DNA of 64,000 nucleotides, from contig NC_091480.1 of assembly GCF_036971445.1 (NCBI RefSeq), positions 31,744,001 through 31,808,000 on the forward strand. Direction: 5' to 3'. This document shows, in pieces, positions 25,899 to 39,509 of this stretch. Under the pieces are notes generated by a model that was given only the letters and a program-made list of their open reading frames with translations, had not been told where the DNA came from and did not search any database. Both the position numbers and the translations under genes were made by a program. Numbering within the stretch: the first letter of the stretch is position 1; the number at the start of each line of letters is the position of its first letter. Source of the DNA: Narcine bancroftii (Eukaryota).

Positions 25899-26460
25899 AA
25901 GTTTAATCAAGTCAGAAGTAGTTAAACTCCACCCCCAAATTCGAGATTATGTACTGCAAATTCCAGTTAATAATCACACTTGAGTTGGAATGTAAAGATT
26001 TGAAAGGATTCAGAACTGCCTGACTATAGTTGGGTTTGTGTACAATGCCTTTATATATAGGTTAAATAATAAAGGCTTTTTTTGATTAAAGGTAGGCTTT
26101 CCGATTTGGGAATTTTTTCTGTTCTGCTCAAGAAAATTTTATTGCTTTCCAAATCAGAACCTTGAATTTGTCATTTTAAAATACTGTGTTTAATTAATCG
26201 ATTATAGCAAATTCTATGAAGCAATATGCTGATGAACTATTCAATAAAGTCCACTGCAATTATTCTTTTAACATTAGTGAGGCTATACAGCCTCAATTAT
26301 TAGAAATTTATTGTACTTTCTCAACCATTGTTTTACAATATGAAGAATTTTCAAATTCACATTTTGGGAGCTAAATATCAGGTCAAACTTCAAAGAATTT
26401 GGTTAGAAAATGAAACAAAAATAAAGCATTATAAAAATTCATTATCTTTCCAATTTACCA

Positions 26461-26669
26461 TTAGCTGCTGTATCTTATTCTGTAAAAATATTCTTTAATT
26501 TCATCATCACCAAAGTTATCATGTCCTTTCTTTAGACGTCTAACCCTGCTCAAATAGATGAGATCCTTCAGTTTTTGTTTGATGATCGTCAAAGGTCCTG
26601 GTTTATTGCCCATTGGTTGTCCCAATAACAATACACTCGCAGCATGTCTGCTTTGTTCAAATAAGGCAG
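26461..26669 (-). CDS. FAM234A: FAM234A last coding exon (11)
   Basis: ttgcag|CTGCC; (T)ALFEQSRHAASVLLLG...KQKLKDL...FYRIRYSS*; TAA at 26463-26461. Confidence 0.93.
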
Positions 26670-26759
26670 CTGCAATAAAATGGGAAATTTGTGATTTTTT
26701 TTAAAAAAAGAATAAGAATTCATTACCATCTGAAGAACATTTTCAAGAGTCAATGGTAA

Positions 26760-28990
26760 ATTAGCATCAGTGATGAGATAACTACGTTCTTTAAGTGTGT
26801 ATAAAATTCTCCACCATTTAACAAGATCACGACCGATCTATTGCAGTACCATATTCCTGCCCAATCTCCATTTCTCTTAATTCCTTAATTACACAGGTAT
26901 CCATCAGTTTGACTGCAGGGCTTCTTACAAGCTTTCAGGTTAAATAATTTGAAAGATTCACCACCCTCTAAATGAAGTAAATGCTTGTAATTTCAGTCTC
27001 AAACGGCCTACACTTATTTAGAGCCTATGAACACTAGTTCTAGATTCTATCCAAGGATACATATAACCCGCATCCACCATGTCAATAATGTTCAATGAGG
27101 TCACCTCTCATTCTTATGAGCTTTACAGAACATAGGTCTCACCTACTATTTCTCTCCTCATTGGAGCAGTCAGTCTGAGAACCTGGGTGTTGAGTGGTGA
27201 TGCACTCCAATAGGTCTTGTGTTTTTTTTTAGGCAAGGAGACTAAACTGCACAAGTACATCCCCTGATCTCACCAAGGCCCTGTATAATTGTGATTAGGA
27301 AACTTTACTCTTGTACTTGCATACTCTCATGCAATGAAAGCCTTCCAAAATGCCTGCTGTAAGTGCACATTAGGTTTCAGTGATCGAGTTGTAGTACTTG
27401 CAGACCCATTTGAGAATCACTATTACCCCATCTCTCACCAGTTTAAAAAAAAACTCAGCTGTGTTTATCTACTGAACTAGATAAATCTCACTTCCCCACA
27501 TTGTACTCTATCTGCCATGGTGTTGCCCACTGACTCAGTTAGTCTCAATTCCCTTGAAGCGTCTTTTTATGTTTGATACTAGTAACATTCCCACTTCACT
27601 GCATCTCATCAGCAAACTTTATATTTCGTCCTATCAGCCAAATCATTGAATTAGAGGGTGCAAACAGTTGGTTGGGACCATATGCTAATCCCAGTGGTAC
27701 TCATTCGTCACAACTGCCAACATGGCAATGATTCATTTAGAGAGAGTTATTCAGAATGGAAACACACCTTTAGCCCAACTGGTCCATATTAGCCAAGTTG
27801 TCTAATTGAGCTAGTCCCTTTGTCCAATAAACCACTTCTAGCCATATACCTGCCCAGATGACTTTTAAATATTAGTAATTGTACCTGGTTCTACCATTTC
27901 CTCTGGCAGTTTGTTTCGTATACCCACCACCCTCTGAAAATTTTGCCACTCAGGTTCCCTTTAAATATTTCCCCATCTTAATACTATGCCCTTTGGTTTT
28001 AGACTTCCTAAGTTGTATATATCTACGCCCCGCCCCCTTCAGCATCCCATGAAGGTGGAATTTCATTAAAACTCTAGCCCTCCCGCCCCAGTAACAAATA
28101 TGAATCTTTTCTACATTCTTTTCAGCTTAATGCCCCCCTTCCTTTAGCTCGGCAATCAGAATTGCACACAGTACTCCAAGTGCATTCTCTTGCACAGCTG
28201 TAATAATGATGTCCCAACTCTTCTACTCGGTTCACTGACCAATAAAGACCACCCACGTCAAAAGCCTCTTCACCACTGTGCCCATCTGTATCACCACTTT
28301 AAGGGAATTATGTATCTGCATTCCCAGGGCTCTCTATTCCACCATACTCTTCAAGGCCTTGCCATTTACTGAGCAAGTCCTGCCCTGGTTTAACTTCTTA
28401 AAATGCAACACCTTGCACTTGTCAGAGTTAAATTCCATCTGTTTTTTCTTGGCCCAGTTCCCAAACATATCTCGGTCCAGTAGTAACTAAGATAACTTTC
28501 TTCACTATACTGCCAATTTTGGTGTCAACTGCAAACTTACTAACCAATACATTCTCATCCAAATCGTTAATACAGATGACAAACCACAGCAGATCTTTGG
28601 AGCACACCACTGGTTGCAGACCTCCAATTTTATCCTTACTTCTTCCATGCTGGTACTTTACCAATTCTACGTGTTTTAATCTTGTTTGCAAATCCCATGA
28701 GAAGCTTTTTCAAAATTCTTCTGAAAATCCAAATCACATCCTCTGATCCTATTTCTCTATTCAGTAAAGACACCTCCTCAAGGGACTCCAATAACTTAGT
28801 CAAATATGTTAAGTCTGCGCAGTCAGCTCATTCTATCTATCCATTTATTTATTTAACAAAAAAGTTTCTTGAGATTGCATTCTTAACAACAGATTCTGGC
28901 ATTTTCCCACTACCAATGTCAAGCTAATAGATCAGATGTTCCTGGGTTTCCCTCCCCCCACCCCCCTTCTTCCATTCTTGAGGATTAGGT
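26760..28990 (-). mobile_element. Cluster of degraded CR1 LINE fragments
   Basis: INDLDENV..SKFAVDTKIG (RT FADD motif remnant) and several CR1 tails. Confidence 0.8.
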
Positions 28991-29212
28991 CACCTTTACT
29001 GCCCTCCAATCTGCAGGAGCCCTTTCAGAATCAATAATATAGTTATGTTTTAACAAATTCACAATTTGAAGATAGACATACAAATTAAACAATGGTTACA
29101 GAATCACAAGCAAATCATTCTTAGTTTCTACAATACATCACATTAACAAAATATTATCTTTCAAGTTAAATTGAAATTGAAATTGATCAACCAGAATAGT
29201 AGGAAGACTTAC

Positions 29213-29318
29213 TGCTAAAGGCAATCACATTCTCAGTATTATTTTTTAACTCAAGAATGACATTCGGATGTGATGGATGAACCATATAGAGGTTATAACT
29301 TTTCTCAGAGAACCTTCC
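29213..29318 (-). CDS. FAM234A: FAM234A coding exon 10
   Basis: ctacag|GGAAG...AGCA|gtaagt; GRFSEKSYNLYMVHPSHPNVILELKNNTENVIAFS; 106 nt. Confidence 0.92.
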
Positions 29319-29589
29319 CTGTAGCAGAGGAAATTGAAGAAAAAAATACGTCATCCACAAATTATTTTAGAAGAGGAAAGAGAGAAAGGCGTGCTGATTG
29401 AGGTTAGATAAAGCAGTCCATTAGAAGGAAAATCAGCATAAAACTGGTAACTCCTTTTAAATTTTAAAAGAATCAGAAAATGAGCCATTTAAAAAAGAAA
29501 CAGCCATTTTCCAAATAACTAACAAAATACAGTACAAAAGAATGTCATATTTAAGAGATAACTTCAAAACGGTACAGTAGATATACAGT

Positions 29590-30220
29590 GAATATTCACT
29601 GCCTCCTTCAAGGAATAAGCAAAAACAGGAAGTCTCAGAAGACATACAGTGCGGGCTGGGGTGAAGTCCACACCAACAAAAGGGGTGAGGAGAGAATTGA
29701 TCATGTCTATGTGAAAGGAGACAGAGAAAAGGGAGAGAGACAGAGCCGGGAAAGAAGTGGGGGTGGGGGTTAACAAAAGCCAGAGAGGTTACTATTAATG
29801 CCATCTGGTTGGAGGGTGCCCAGTCGGAAGATGAAAATTTTGTTCCTCCAATTTGTGGGTGATCTGAGTCTGGCAGTGCAAGAGACCATGTACAGACATG
29901 TTAGCATGGAAATGGAATGAGGAATGGAAATGGGTGACCACTGGGAGATCCACACTATTGTGGCAGACAAAGCTAAGGGGTCCTCCAACCAGATGGTATT
30001 AATATCGACTTCTCTGGCTTTTGTTAACCCTTATCATATCCAATTAACACCTTTTGTTGGTCTGGACACCTCCCTCAACCAGCACTGTCTACATTCTGAG
30101 ATTTCCTGTTTTTGCTCATTCTACTTATTCCTTGAAGAAAGGCCCAAAATGTCAGCAGTATATCTTTGTCTCTTATGGACACTGAAAAACCGGCTGAGTT
30201 CCTCCAGCATTTCTGTGTGT
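29590..30220. mobile_element. Penelope-like retroelement remnant with inverted terminal duplication
   Basis: GIY-YIG C-terminal motif IFRLGTLQPDGIN on the minus strand; 29608-29817 is an inverted repeat of ~29983-30140. Confidence 0.8.
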
Positions 30221-30507
30221 TTTTACTATAGAGTTTTATTATACCACTCATATTTTTAAACCAGATCATTTTTAAGTAACAACAGTTGATCCCTATGTTA
30301 AGTCAGTTTGGGTAAAGAAATTTCACCTCTACAGAATACACAAATCACTATCAAAACATCTAGGATACCAATTACAAATTTGCTCAAAATTTAGGGGAGA
30401 AATGACACACAGATGACATATCTTCCTATTAAGAAATATCACAGGCACCCCTATTATACCTGGATTTGAACAAAGTTGTTAATTATTTTTCTTTAAAAAA
30501 GACTTAC

Positions 30508-30657
30508 AGAAGCACTGCTTTGTGTTGGAAGTTCACCCCAGAAAAGAAAAATTGATTGGGATACAGTGTTGATGGAAGATGGTTTTGGACAGTTCTCCCT
30601 GTATCTTAATTCTTCCTCCCAGAGTACTTTACCATTTTTACCATCCACAATTGTAAC
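30508..30657 (-). CDS. FAM234A: FAM234A coding exon 9
   Basis: ctctag|GTT...TCT|gtaagt; VTIVDGKNGKVLWEEEL...SIFLFWGELPTQSSAS; 150 nt. Confidence 0.92.
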
Positions 30658-32222
30658 CTAGAGAATAAATCAATATTTGGTCTTTATTTTGTATTTTTGC
30701 TACAGTATGAAGTACAAGCCTGACTTAAAGTCTCCTTTTTTCAATTAACATTGGGCCAACAACTTGTTTACCAATAATCCACTTCAAAAGAACAAAGCAG
30801 CTACTATCTGACATATATTGTTCGATCCTTTCTGTATTTCAAAGTCAACACTCCCTTTCGTACTCACTAATCTGTTCTCTTGTTCCCACAGATCAGTTCC
30901 CATCTTAAGGCAATTTGTGTTTATTAAACTCTTCAATTTGCACATCTCGGGACCCAAATAGTCTTGAAAGGGGATTCAGCAATTGACTTCCACATCTTCT
31001 AATCTAGTCCACTATAGTGTCCATAATGCAGAGAAAGCACAGATTGGGTAAACAAGAAGTCTGCAAACTGGGTGATTGCTTTGAGGAGTAACTGCATTTA
31101 GCCTGCAGGAGTTATCCTTCATGTCCAATTTCCTGACACTTTCTTGCTCCTTCCCATTCTGACTTGCACTGTACAACAAGGACCAATGCAAGCTGGAGGA
31201 ACACGTTCTTTCTAGGCACAGACTTTTGGACTCTTTTGATGAATTTGAGGTAACTCATTCTTTCAGTCTGTATCATTTCTGATCATCAGCCATTTCTACA
31301 AAACATCTGTGATTTTGGGTCAATTTTTTTCCTCAGCATCTGAACTGCCTGAACTATGGGTTCACATAATGCAGACAATGAAAAACCATCTGCTTCTAAA
31401 TGCTATACTATCACATTTGGTATCATCCTGTCATAGACATTCTTTTTGTTCTGCAACCTGCCCTAAATATTCTCCCCAACTGAAAACCAACCTGTTTCTT
31501 CTTTCCCAGTTCAGCAAATTAAATCTCTTATCCTTTCCACTGAAGCTTTCTGACCTGCAGTTTCCAGCACTTTCTGGGTTATTTTAGATTTCCAGCATCT
31601 GCTTTTTTCTAAATTATTTTCGGTTCAAAACCTAGCCTCTGCTCATTGGTGGGTCATAATTTAAGAAGCTCCAGGAAATTATTCATATCTAATTTTTTCC
31701 AATCCAATTAACACAATTGGAAATAATTTAATTATTTTTAACTGAAGGCAATATTATTTCATGAAATGGTTCGTTTGTTGCTCTGATGTTTGGTATCTAG
31801 GTCTAGAGTTTAATTATATACTGTTCTGTGTTAAAACAACAACTCCACTTTATTCCTACAAATTCAGAAGTTTAAGAAATTGGTCAATAAAATGAATATT
31901 AACTTTCCCTGTAGATTTTCTAATATCCTTAAAGGGAGGTGATTTCTACCAAGTTAGACGTTCATATAACTTCAGCCTGATTTGTTCACTTAACTTATTT
32001 ACTACTCAGTTACATTAAATAGCAGCACAGAGATCTTTTATAAATTCTGATTCTGTCAGGGACATCTACTATTTTGAGAATGAAGATCACAAAATGACCT
32101 GATTAAATAATAACCTCCATTACAAAAGGAAGAAAGTGATTGAACCATAAAGCTAATGCATTTTTATGAATTAACGATCTAAATTTAGGTTGCATTACAT
32201 AAAAGTATTCAAGATATCAAAC

Positions 32223-32304
32223 CTTCTTTTTGTCCTCTGCAATTAAATCCTCGATTAGAAAATCAAATACACCATCCACGTTAAAATAACCAGGTAGTGG
32301 TACC
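32223..32304 (-). CDS. FAM234A: FAM234A coding exon 8
   Basis: ttccag|GGTA...AAG|gtttga; VPLPGYFNVDGVFDFLIEDLIAEDKKK (FG-GAP-like motif); 82 nt. Confidence 0.9.
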
Positions 32305-32619
32305 CTGGAAATAAAAGTCGTGCATCATTCCAAGACTTTTTTTTAATATATAGCGCAAAATTCTTTCCTGAAAATGATATCTATTCTTTCTTACTTCAAC
32401 TTAAAAATATACATCACCGAATTAACACATTACAGTAACTGCATTTTCACAATATCTTCAGCACATCTTGAAACTCTGTCTATTGCCTTTCTACAAAGAG
32501 ACCTTTTAGGAAATGCTTAAATTTGTCAGCAAACAAATACTAAATAGCACAAAGCCATTTGTCCCGTGTGTGTGCTGACTAAGCAGCAATGCAGCTCATC
32601 CGACACCATGTCCTTTCAT

Positions 32620-34895
32620 AATCAGGATGTATTGTCATGAAATTCAGTGTTTGCAGTAGCATTATAGAGGAAACATTCATATCATAACCATCTTATGACA
32701 TTACTATATTTTTTTAAAAAGTGCACGAAAAGTAAGGCAGTATCTTTGGTTCATTGATTATTCAGGAATCTGATGGCAGTGGAGAAAGAGCTGATTTTGA
32801 GGTTAGAGGCTGCTTTTCTAAGACGCCACCTCATGTAGATGTCCCTGATGGAGCGAAGTCTAGTGCCTGTGAGGTTGCAGGCCGAGTCACAACCCTCTGG
32901 AGTTTATTCTTATCCTGAGTGTTGGCACCTCCATACCAGACAGTGATGCAACCAGCCAGAATGCTCTCCACAGTACACCTGCAGAGAAGTTTACAATTCT
33001 TTGGTAACATACCACATCTCCTCAGAAACCTCAAAGTATAGGCGCAAGCAAGCTTTCAACATGGGAGGCTCCAGGACAGATTCTCAGATATGTGGACACC
33101 CAGGAATTTGAAGTTCTTGACCCTCTTTACTATTGAGCCCTCGATGCAGACAGGGTCGTGTTCCCCTGACTTCCTCCTGAAGTCCACATCATCTCCTTGG
33201 TTTTGCTGACGACGACCGCAAGGTGGGTGTCGTAACACCATTCATCGAGCTGATCTACCTCTCTCCTGGACGCTTCCTCATTTGCCCTTTGTGATTCTAC
33301 CGACAACTTGTAGATGGCATTGGAATTGTGCCTGGCTCACAGTCATGGGTATATTATGAGTAGAGCAGTGGGCTTAGCACGCATCCTTGGGGTGCGCCTG
33401 TGTTGATAATCAGTGAGGAGGAGACGTTGTTTCCAATTCATACTGACTCTAGTCTTCCAATGAGGAAGTCAAGGATCCAGTTTCAGAGGGGGGGGTACAG
33501 AGACCTAGAGTTTGTAGCTTCTTGACCAGCACCGAGGGAATAATGGTATTGAAGGGAGAGCTGTAGCCGATGAAAAGCAGCCATATGTATGAATTGCTGT
33601 TTTTGAAATGATCTTGAGCTGAGTGTAGAGCCAGCGATATTGCATCTGCTGTGGAGTGATTGTGGCAGTAGGTGAATTGAAGTGGGTCCAGATTTTTACT
33701 TAGGTATGTGTTAATTCTGGCCATGACTAGCCTCTCAAACCATTTAATCACAGTAGAAGTTAGAGCTACTGGACAGTAGTCGTTGAGCCAGCTCACACTA
33801 TTCTTCTTGATTGAAGCCCTTTTGAAGCAGGTGGGAACCTCTGACTGCTACAATGAGAGGTTGAAAATGCCTGAGAACACCGGCTAGTTGATTGGTACAG
33901 ATTTTCAGTACCTTGCCAGGTACATCGTCAGGGCCTGATGCCTTGCAATGGTTCACCCTCTTAAATGATGTTCTGACATCTCCCCTCAGAGACAGATTTC
34001 ACAAGTTCCTCAGCTTTTTCAGGGATTCTAGTCGGCACTGTTTGGTTGTTCTTCTCAAAGTGGGCGTAGAAGGTGTTCAGTGAAGAACCACAGCCATGTA
34101 TAGTGCTTGCCTTCGCCTTGTAGGCTGTAATGGCCTGCTCTCCCTGCCATTGCTGGCGTGTATCTGTCTCGGTTTCTAGCTTCCTCCAGAATTGCCACTT
34201 TGCTTCAGAGACGGCCTTCCAGAAGTCGTACCTGGTCCTCTTGTAAAGATCATGATCCCCAGCCTTAAACACCTTTGTTCTAGCCCTCAGCAGGCTGCAA
34301 ATTCTGATCCATCCAGGGCTTCTGGTTGAGGAACACCTGGTATTTGCATGTGGTCAAACACTCATTCACACAGGTCTTGATGAAGTCGGTGACACCTATT
34401 GCATATTCATTCTGCAGATGAGTTCTTGAATATGTTCCAGTCCACTGTCCAAAGCAGTCCTGTAGAAACTCCTCCACGTCCCTCGACCATACTTTCACTG
34501 CCTTCACCACTGGTGCTGTGGTCTTCAGTCTTTGCTTGTATGTCGAGAGTACATGTACAGCCAGACTTATCGAAGTGCAGTTCTGATATGGCTTGGTATG
34601 CGTTCTTCATGGTGGCGGTGCAGTGGTCAAGTTTGTTGGTTCCCCTGGTCTCGCATGTGATATGCTGGTGGTAGTTTATCAGAGACATCTTCCGGTCAGC
34701 CTGATTGAAGTCTCCCACAATGATCAGGAAGACATCAGGATGTGCTGCCTCATGGCTGTTTATCAACAGTGCTCAGTCCCTCCAGTGCCTGCCTGACGTT
34801 AGCCTGTGGTGGACTGTACACTGTGATCATGATGATGGTGGCACAAACACTGGCTCCCCTGGTTTTTCCAGATGCCAGTGTTCGGTCAGCACGAT
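32620..34895 (-). mobile_element. Rex1/Babar LINE, degraded
   Basis: LNDYCPVALTSTVIKWFERLV, LDPLQF, STADAI, NQKPWM, VGDFNQA and FKFLGVHIS motifs. Confidence 0.92.
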
Positions 34896-36094
34896 GTAGG
34901 ACGTTTCCCCACAATCCCAAATCATTTATTTTCTTTTAAATATTTATCCAGTTCCTTTTTGAACGCCCTAATTGAATCTATTGTCAGTACATTTCAGATT
35001 CTATCCACTCACTACACATAAAAACCTCTAAGTAAATACGTTTTGAATCAATTCCCTCTTTTCTAAACTCTAACAAATACAAACAGAGTCAACTTAATCT
35101 CTCCTCACATTATAGTCCTGTTATGCCAGGAATCAGTCTGCATTCCCTCTGTGACAAGTATATCCTTTCGCGGGTAAGGGGACCAAGATTGCTCATAATA
35201 CTCTGCATCTCTCATTAAGACCTTGTATAATCATCTTTCAAATGTTCATTCTTCCATTCTTTATTTGACTCCTGCTCTTTCTCTCTTTTAAGAGTTCTGA
35301 TTAATTGCCTTCCTTTCACCTCATGGGAATATAGCCACACTGTAGCTGAGCCACCTCCTTCCTAAAAGGCTTCCCATTATTAACTTCGTTTTGTCTGGCA
35401 ACCTTTAATTCCAATTCAAGCATAAAGTACTGTGTGGAAAGAAAAATCACTATTAATGTTTCAGGATTGCAAGCTTTAATAAGACAGGGAAAGATTTAAA
35501 AAACTGAGTATTGTTTTAAGTTGCAAAGGAAGAAGTGAAAGCAGAGAGAGAACCACAGAGAAAATGAATAATAGCCATCAGGAAGGACCGCATTACAAAA
35601 GTGGTAGAGATACCAGATGAGAGAGGCTGATCACAAAGGCTAGTGAAAAAAAGAGTGCAAGCCTGGATGGGCTGGAAGCAGGTGACAGCAAATCTAAAAT
35701 TGTTGATAGAGGAGAAAGAAACTAAACGTGGTGGAGTGGCAGAAGTTGCTGAATGTTGAGCTCAGTAGACTGTAACCTGCTAACCATAATAACCTGCCAG
35801 AATCTCAAAATTCAGCAACTGCTAATTTCATCGGCCTGAAAATAAATCTCTTTCCATAGATGCTGTCCGACTTGGCACCTTGAGCATATCTGACATTTTC
35901 TTTCATTATAAATTTCCAGAATTTGCAGGTTTTTTTTTTGTCTTTTGATTCCAATTTGCCCAGGTCAGGTCAATTCTATCCATTTACAATGAGTTCTTCT
36001 CCGACTAACAAATTTTATCATGAAGCAGTATTTCATTTTTCATAACAATTCTAAACTTATAATGATGGCTGTTTCTTAAATATTCCATCGTAGA

Positions 36095-36295
36095 AACTTA
36101 GCGCAACAATGTAACAGCAGGGTTTGAATCCAAAGCTGTCAATAAGGAATTTGTACATTCTCCCCGTGTCTCCCATCGTCAGAACGTACCAGGGGGTGTA
36201 GGTTAATTGGGTGAAATTGGGCGGCATGGACTCAAGAGTCGAAAGGGCCTGTAACCATGCTGTATGTCGAAATTTTTTTTTAATTTTAAATTTTT
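36095..36295 (+). mobile_element. V-SINE-like SINE remnant
   Basis: Core GGAATTTGTACATTCTCCCCGTGTCT and tail GGCATGGACTC..GGGCCTGTAACCATGCTGTA; related minus-strand copy at ~57500-57625. Confidence 0.7.
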
Positions 36296-37018
36296 AATAA
36301 ATGTAATTTATTACATAGACAAGACATCCTTAAGGATGCCTATTTTATGACTATTCCAGTCCATGTGAAAAGTTGAAATTCCTCATGAGCTCATTAATTT
36401 TTGACTGGAGATATCTACAATGTTCTTGTAAATTTGCTCCTCTTTTTCCTTCCTAGTGGTTGATAGTCTATAAACATCCCATTGATGAAATTATACTTCT
36501 ATAGTTTCTCAACTTTAACCAATTAGATTCTCACCCACTAATGGGCAAACTCTCTCTCAAAATTCTTATTCTTCTTAAACAACACTACGACTGAAAGCCA
36601 CCGATGCTTTCCCCAATTCCCAGTTCCATTTTTCCTGTACACCATGTGGTATATTTGGTACCCAATCCTACTCTTAAAAAAAGTTATAAATCTTAATCCC
36701 ACTTGACTATTTGTCCTGGGAGCCATTTTCTGTCAACATCCGTCGCTGCAGGAGAGTATGAACACACAATTTTCTAATAAAAACACCAACAGACTCCCAA
36801 CTGAGAATATGATGTGGCATAATTATGTAAGTACAAATTGGTTAATAAAAAACGACATATTCCATTAGAGCATGGGAGCATTTACCGGGTAACAATGAAT
36901 GTTAACTTGAGATGGCAAGTTCCTAAATTTCCAGCATTCTCGTTAACGCTGACCTGGTACCCATAGAATTGTCATTCCAACACTACTGCTTTAGTTGTAA
37001 CTCAAATTGCAAAATTAC

Positions 37019-37165
37019 CCTTGAATGTGAGACACATTATGGAGCCAATATGTCTGGAAGCTTTGTCCATCCAAAAGTTCAACTGTGTGATTTGTGCTGA
37101 TGAGCAGTTTGCCAGCATTTGTTCCTGGGACCTGCACGTGCTGAAGAAACTTAGCTGGCTGGGTG
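37019..37165 (-). CDS. FAM234A: FAM234A coding exon 7
   Basis: ttccag|CACCC...CAAGG|gtaatt; TQPAKFLQHVQVPGTNAGKLLIST..VELLDGQSFQTYW; 147 nt. Confidence 0.88.
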
Positions 37166-37419
37166 CTGGAAGGAAGAAAGATGGAGGGAAGAAACAACAA
37201 GTGTAGAAAAATTAGCAATTTCTCCATACTTACAATTTTAAGTGGTTTTAAATTTCATTACACTGCTGACCAACGATTATTAAAATGTCCTGTCTGTACA
37301 ATCCTCAAAATTTTAAAAAAACTTAACATGCTTTAAAATACTTGATTTTGTCTTCAAAATAACTGACATTTATTATTAAATGACAATAATATATTAGATA
37401 TACACATTCAGAAACTCAC

Positions 37420-37570
37420 TTGTATACTTCAACTTTTCCAGACATGGGGTCAGACTTTTTCTCCCATTCTGGATCAGACTTTTTTAATATTGGATTTAGC
37501 TTGGATGCTGAAAGGGGTATTCCACTTGCTTGCTCATAAATATCTTTTAGCGCCACTCCTTGCACAGTTC
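37420..37570 (-). CDS. FAM234A: FAM234A coding exon 6
   Basis: ttccag|GAACT...ACAA|gtgagt; TVQGVALKDIYEQASG...KKSDPEWEK; 151 nt. Confidence 0.9.
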
Positions 37571-38235
37571 CTGGAAATTTAGAAAATGATTTTTTCCCCT
37601 CCATTTATGAGATGGTTCATGAATTGCACACACACACAATTAAAGTTGGTGGAATGAGTGTCGACAATAATTATTCACCACCTTGCAATGAAATCAGTGT
37701 TAATCCCCCGGCATCTTTTCCAATGTTTACACATCAATCAACATCATTAACAATCAACATGCTGATCTCGATCACATTGCTGTTAAAGGAGAAAATCTGC
37801 AGATGCTGGGGTCCAATGCAATGCACAAAAGTGCTGCTCTGGATGCTGCGCGACCTGCTGAGCTTCTCCAGCACTTTTGTACTTTTCACATTTTTGTTTG
37901 GGGAGGTTGCTGTGTCCAATTAGTTTCAGATCACTTTCAGTATCTGAATAAATTTACATAATAAAGCACCATTCAGCCAATCCTATCACGATTTTCTCAC
38001 ATAAACTAACCGCTTCCTTGAAAGATGCAGTCCTTGTCCTCACTCTTGCACTGTCGTCACCTAGTTTAGAACAACTAATTATCCTTATTAATCCCATTAA
38101 GTGCTTCTGAATATTCAAATTGTTTATTAGATCTCTCTTCAACCTAATGGACTAGGAATATGCCTCCCAATCTCTCAATACTCGCATCATTTACGTAATA
38201 TAATTTGGCTCACTGAAAGGTCATTGTAACTGTCT

Positions 38236-39509
38236 CTTTCTTCTTTCTCTTTGGCTTGGCTTCGCGGACGAAGATTTATGGAGGGGGTAAAAGGCTCGTT
38301 TGTGGCTGACAAGTCCGATGCGGCACAGGCAGACACGGTTGCAGCGGCTTCCCCTGCAGCGGCTGCAGGGGAAAATTGGTTGGTTGGGGTTGGGTGTTGG
38401 GTTTTTCCTCCTTTGCCTTTTGTCAGTGAGGTGGGCTCTGCGGTCTTCTTCAAAGGAGGTTGCTGCCCGCCAAACTGTGAGGCGCCAAGATGCACGGTTT
38501 GAGGCGATATTAGCCCACTGGCGGTGGTCAATGTGGCAGGCACCAAGAGATTTCTTTAGGCAGTCCTTGTACCTTTTCTTTGGTGCACCTCTGTCACGGT
38601 GGCCAGTGGAGAGCTCGCCATATAACACGATCTTGGGAAGGCGATGGTCCTCCATTCTGGAGACGTGACCCACCCAGCGCAGCTGGATCTTCAGCAGCGT
38701 GGACTCGATGCTGTCGACCTCTGCCATCTCGAGTACTTCGACGTTAGGGATGAAAGCGCTCCAATGGATGTTGAGGATGGAGAGGAGACAACGCTGGTGG
38801 AAGCGTTCTCGGAGCCGTAGGTGATGCCGGTAGAGGACCCATGATTCGGAGCCGAACAGGAATGTGGGTATGACAACGGCTCTTTGTGAGGTTTTTCAGT
38901 TGGTTGTTTTTCCAGACTCTTTAGTGTAGTCTTCCAAAGGCGCTATTTGCCTTGGCGAGTCTGTTGTCTATCTCATTGTCGATCCTTGCATCTGATGAAA
39001 TGGTGCAGCCGAGATAGGTAAACTAGTTGACCGTTTTGAGTTTTGTGTGCCCGATGGAGATGTGGGGGGGCTGGTAGTCATGGTGGGGAGCTGGCTGATG
39101 GAGGACCTCAGTTTTCTTCAGGCTGACTTCCAGGCCAAACATTTTGGCAGTTTCCGCAAAACAGGACGTCAAGCGCTGAAGAGCTGGCTCTGAATGGGCA
39201 ACTAAAGCGGCATCGTCTGCAAAGAGTAGTTCACGGATAAGTTTCTCTTGTGTCTTGGTGTGAGCTTGCAGGCGCCTCAGATTGAAGAGACTGCCATCCG
39301 TGCGGTACCGGATGTAAACAGCGTCTTCATTGTTGAGGTCTTTCATGGCTTGGTTCAGCATCATGCTGAAGATGATTGAAAAGAGGGTTGGTGCGAGAAC
39401 GCAGCCTTGCTTCACGCCATTGTTAATGGAGAAGGGTTCAGAGAGCTCATTGCTGTATCTGACCCGACCTTGTTGGTTTTCGTGCAGTTGGATAATCATG
39501 TTGAGGAAA
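38236..39509 (-). mobile_element. RTE-clade LINE, 5'-truncated, relatively young
   Basis: GVKQGCVLAPTLF, YRTDGSLFNLRRL, LLFADD, SLKKTEV, QLRWVGHVSRM, PKKRYKDCLK; one stop (39023) and short deletions. Confidence 0.95.
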
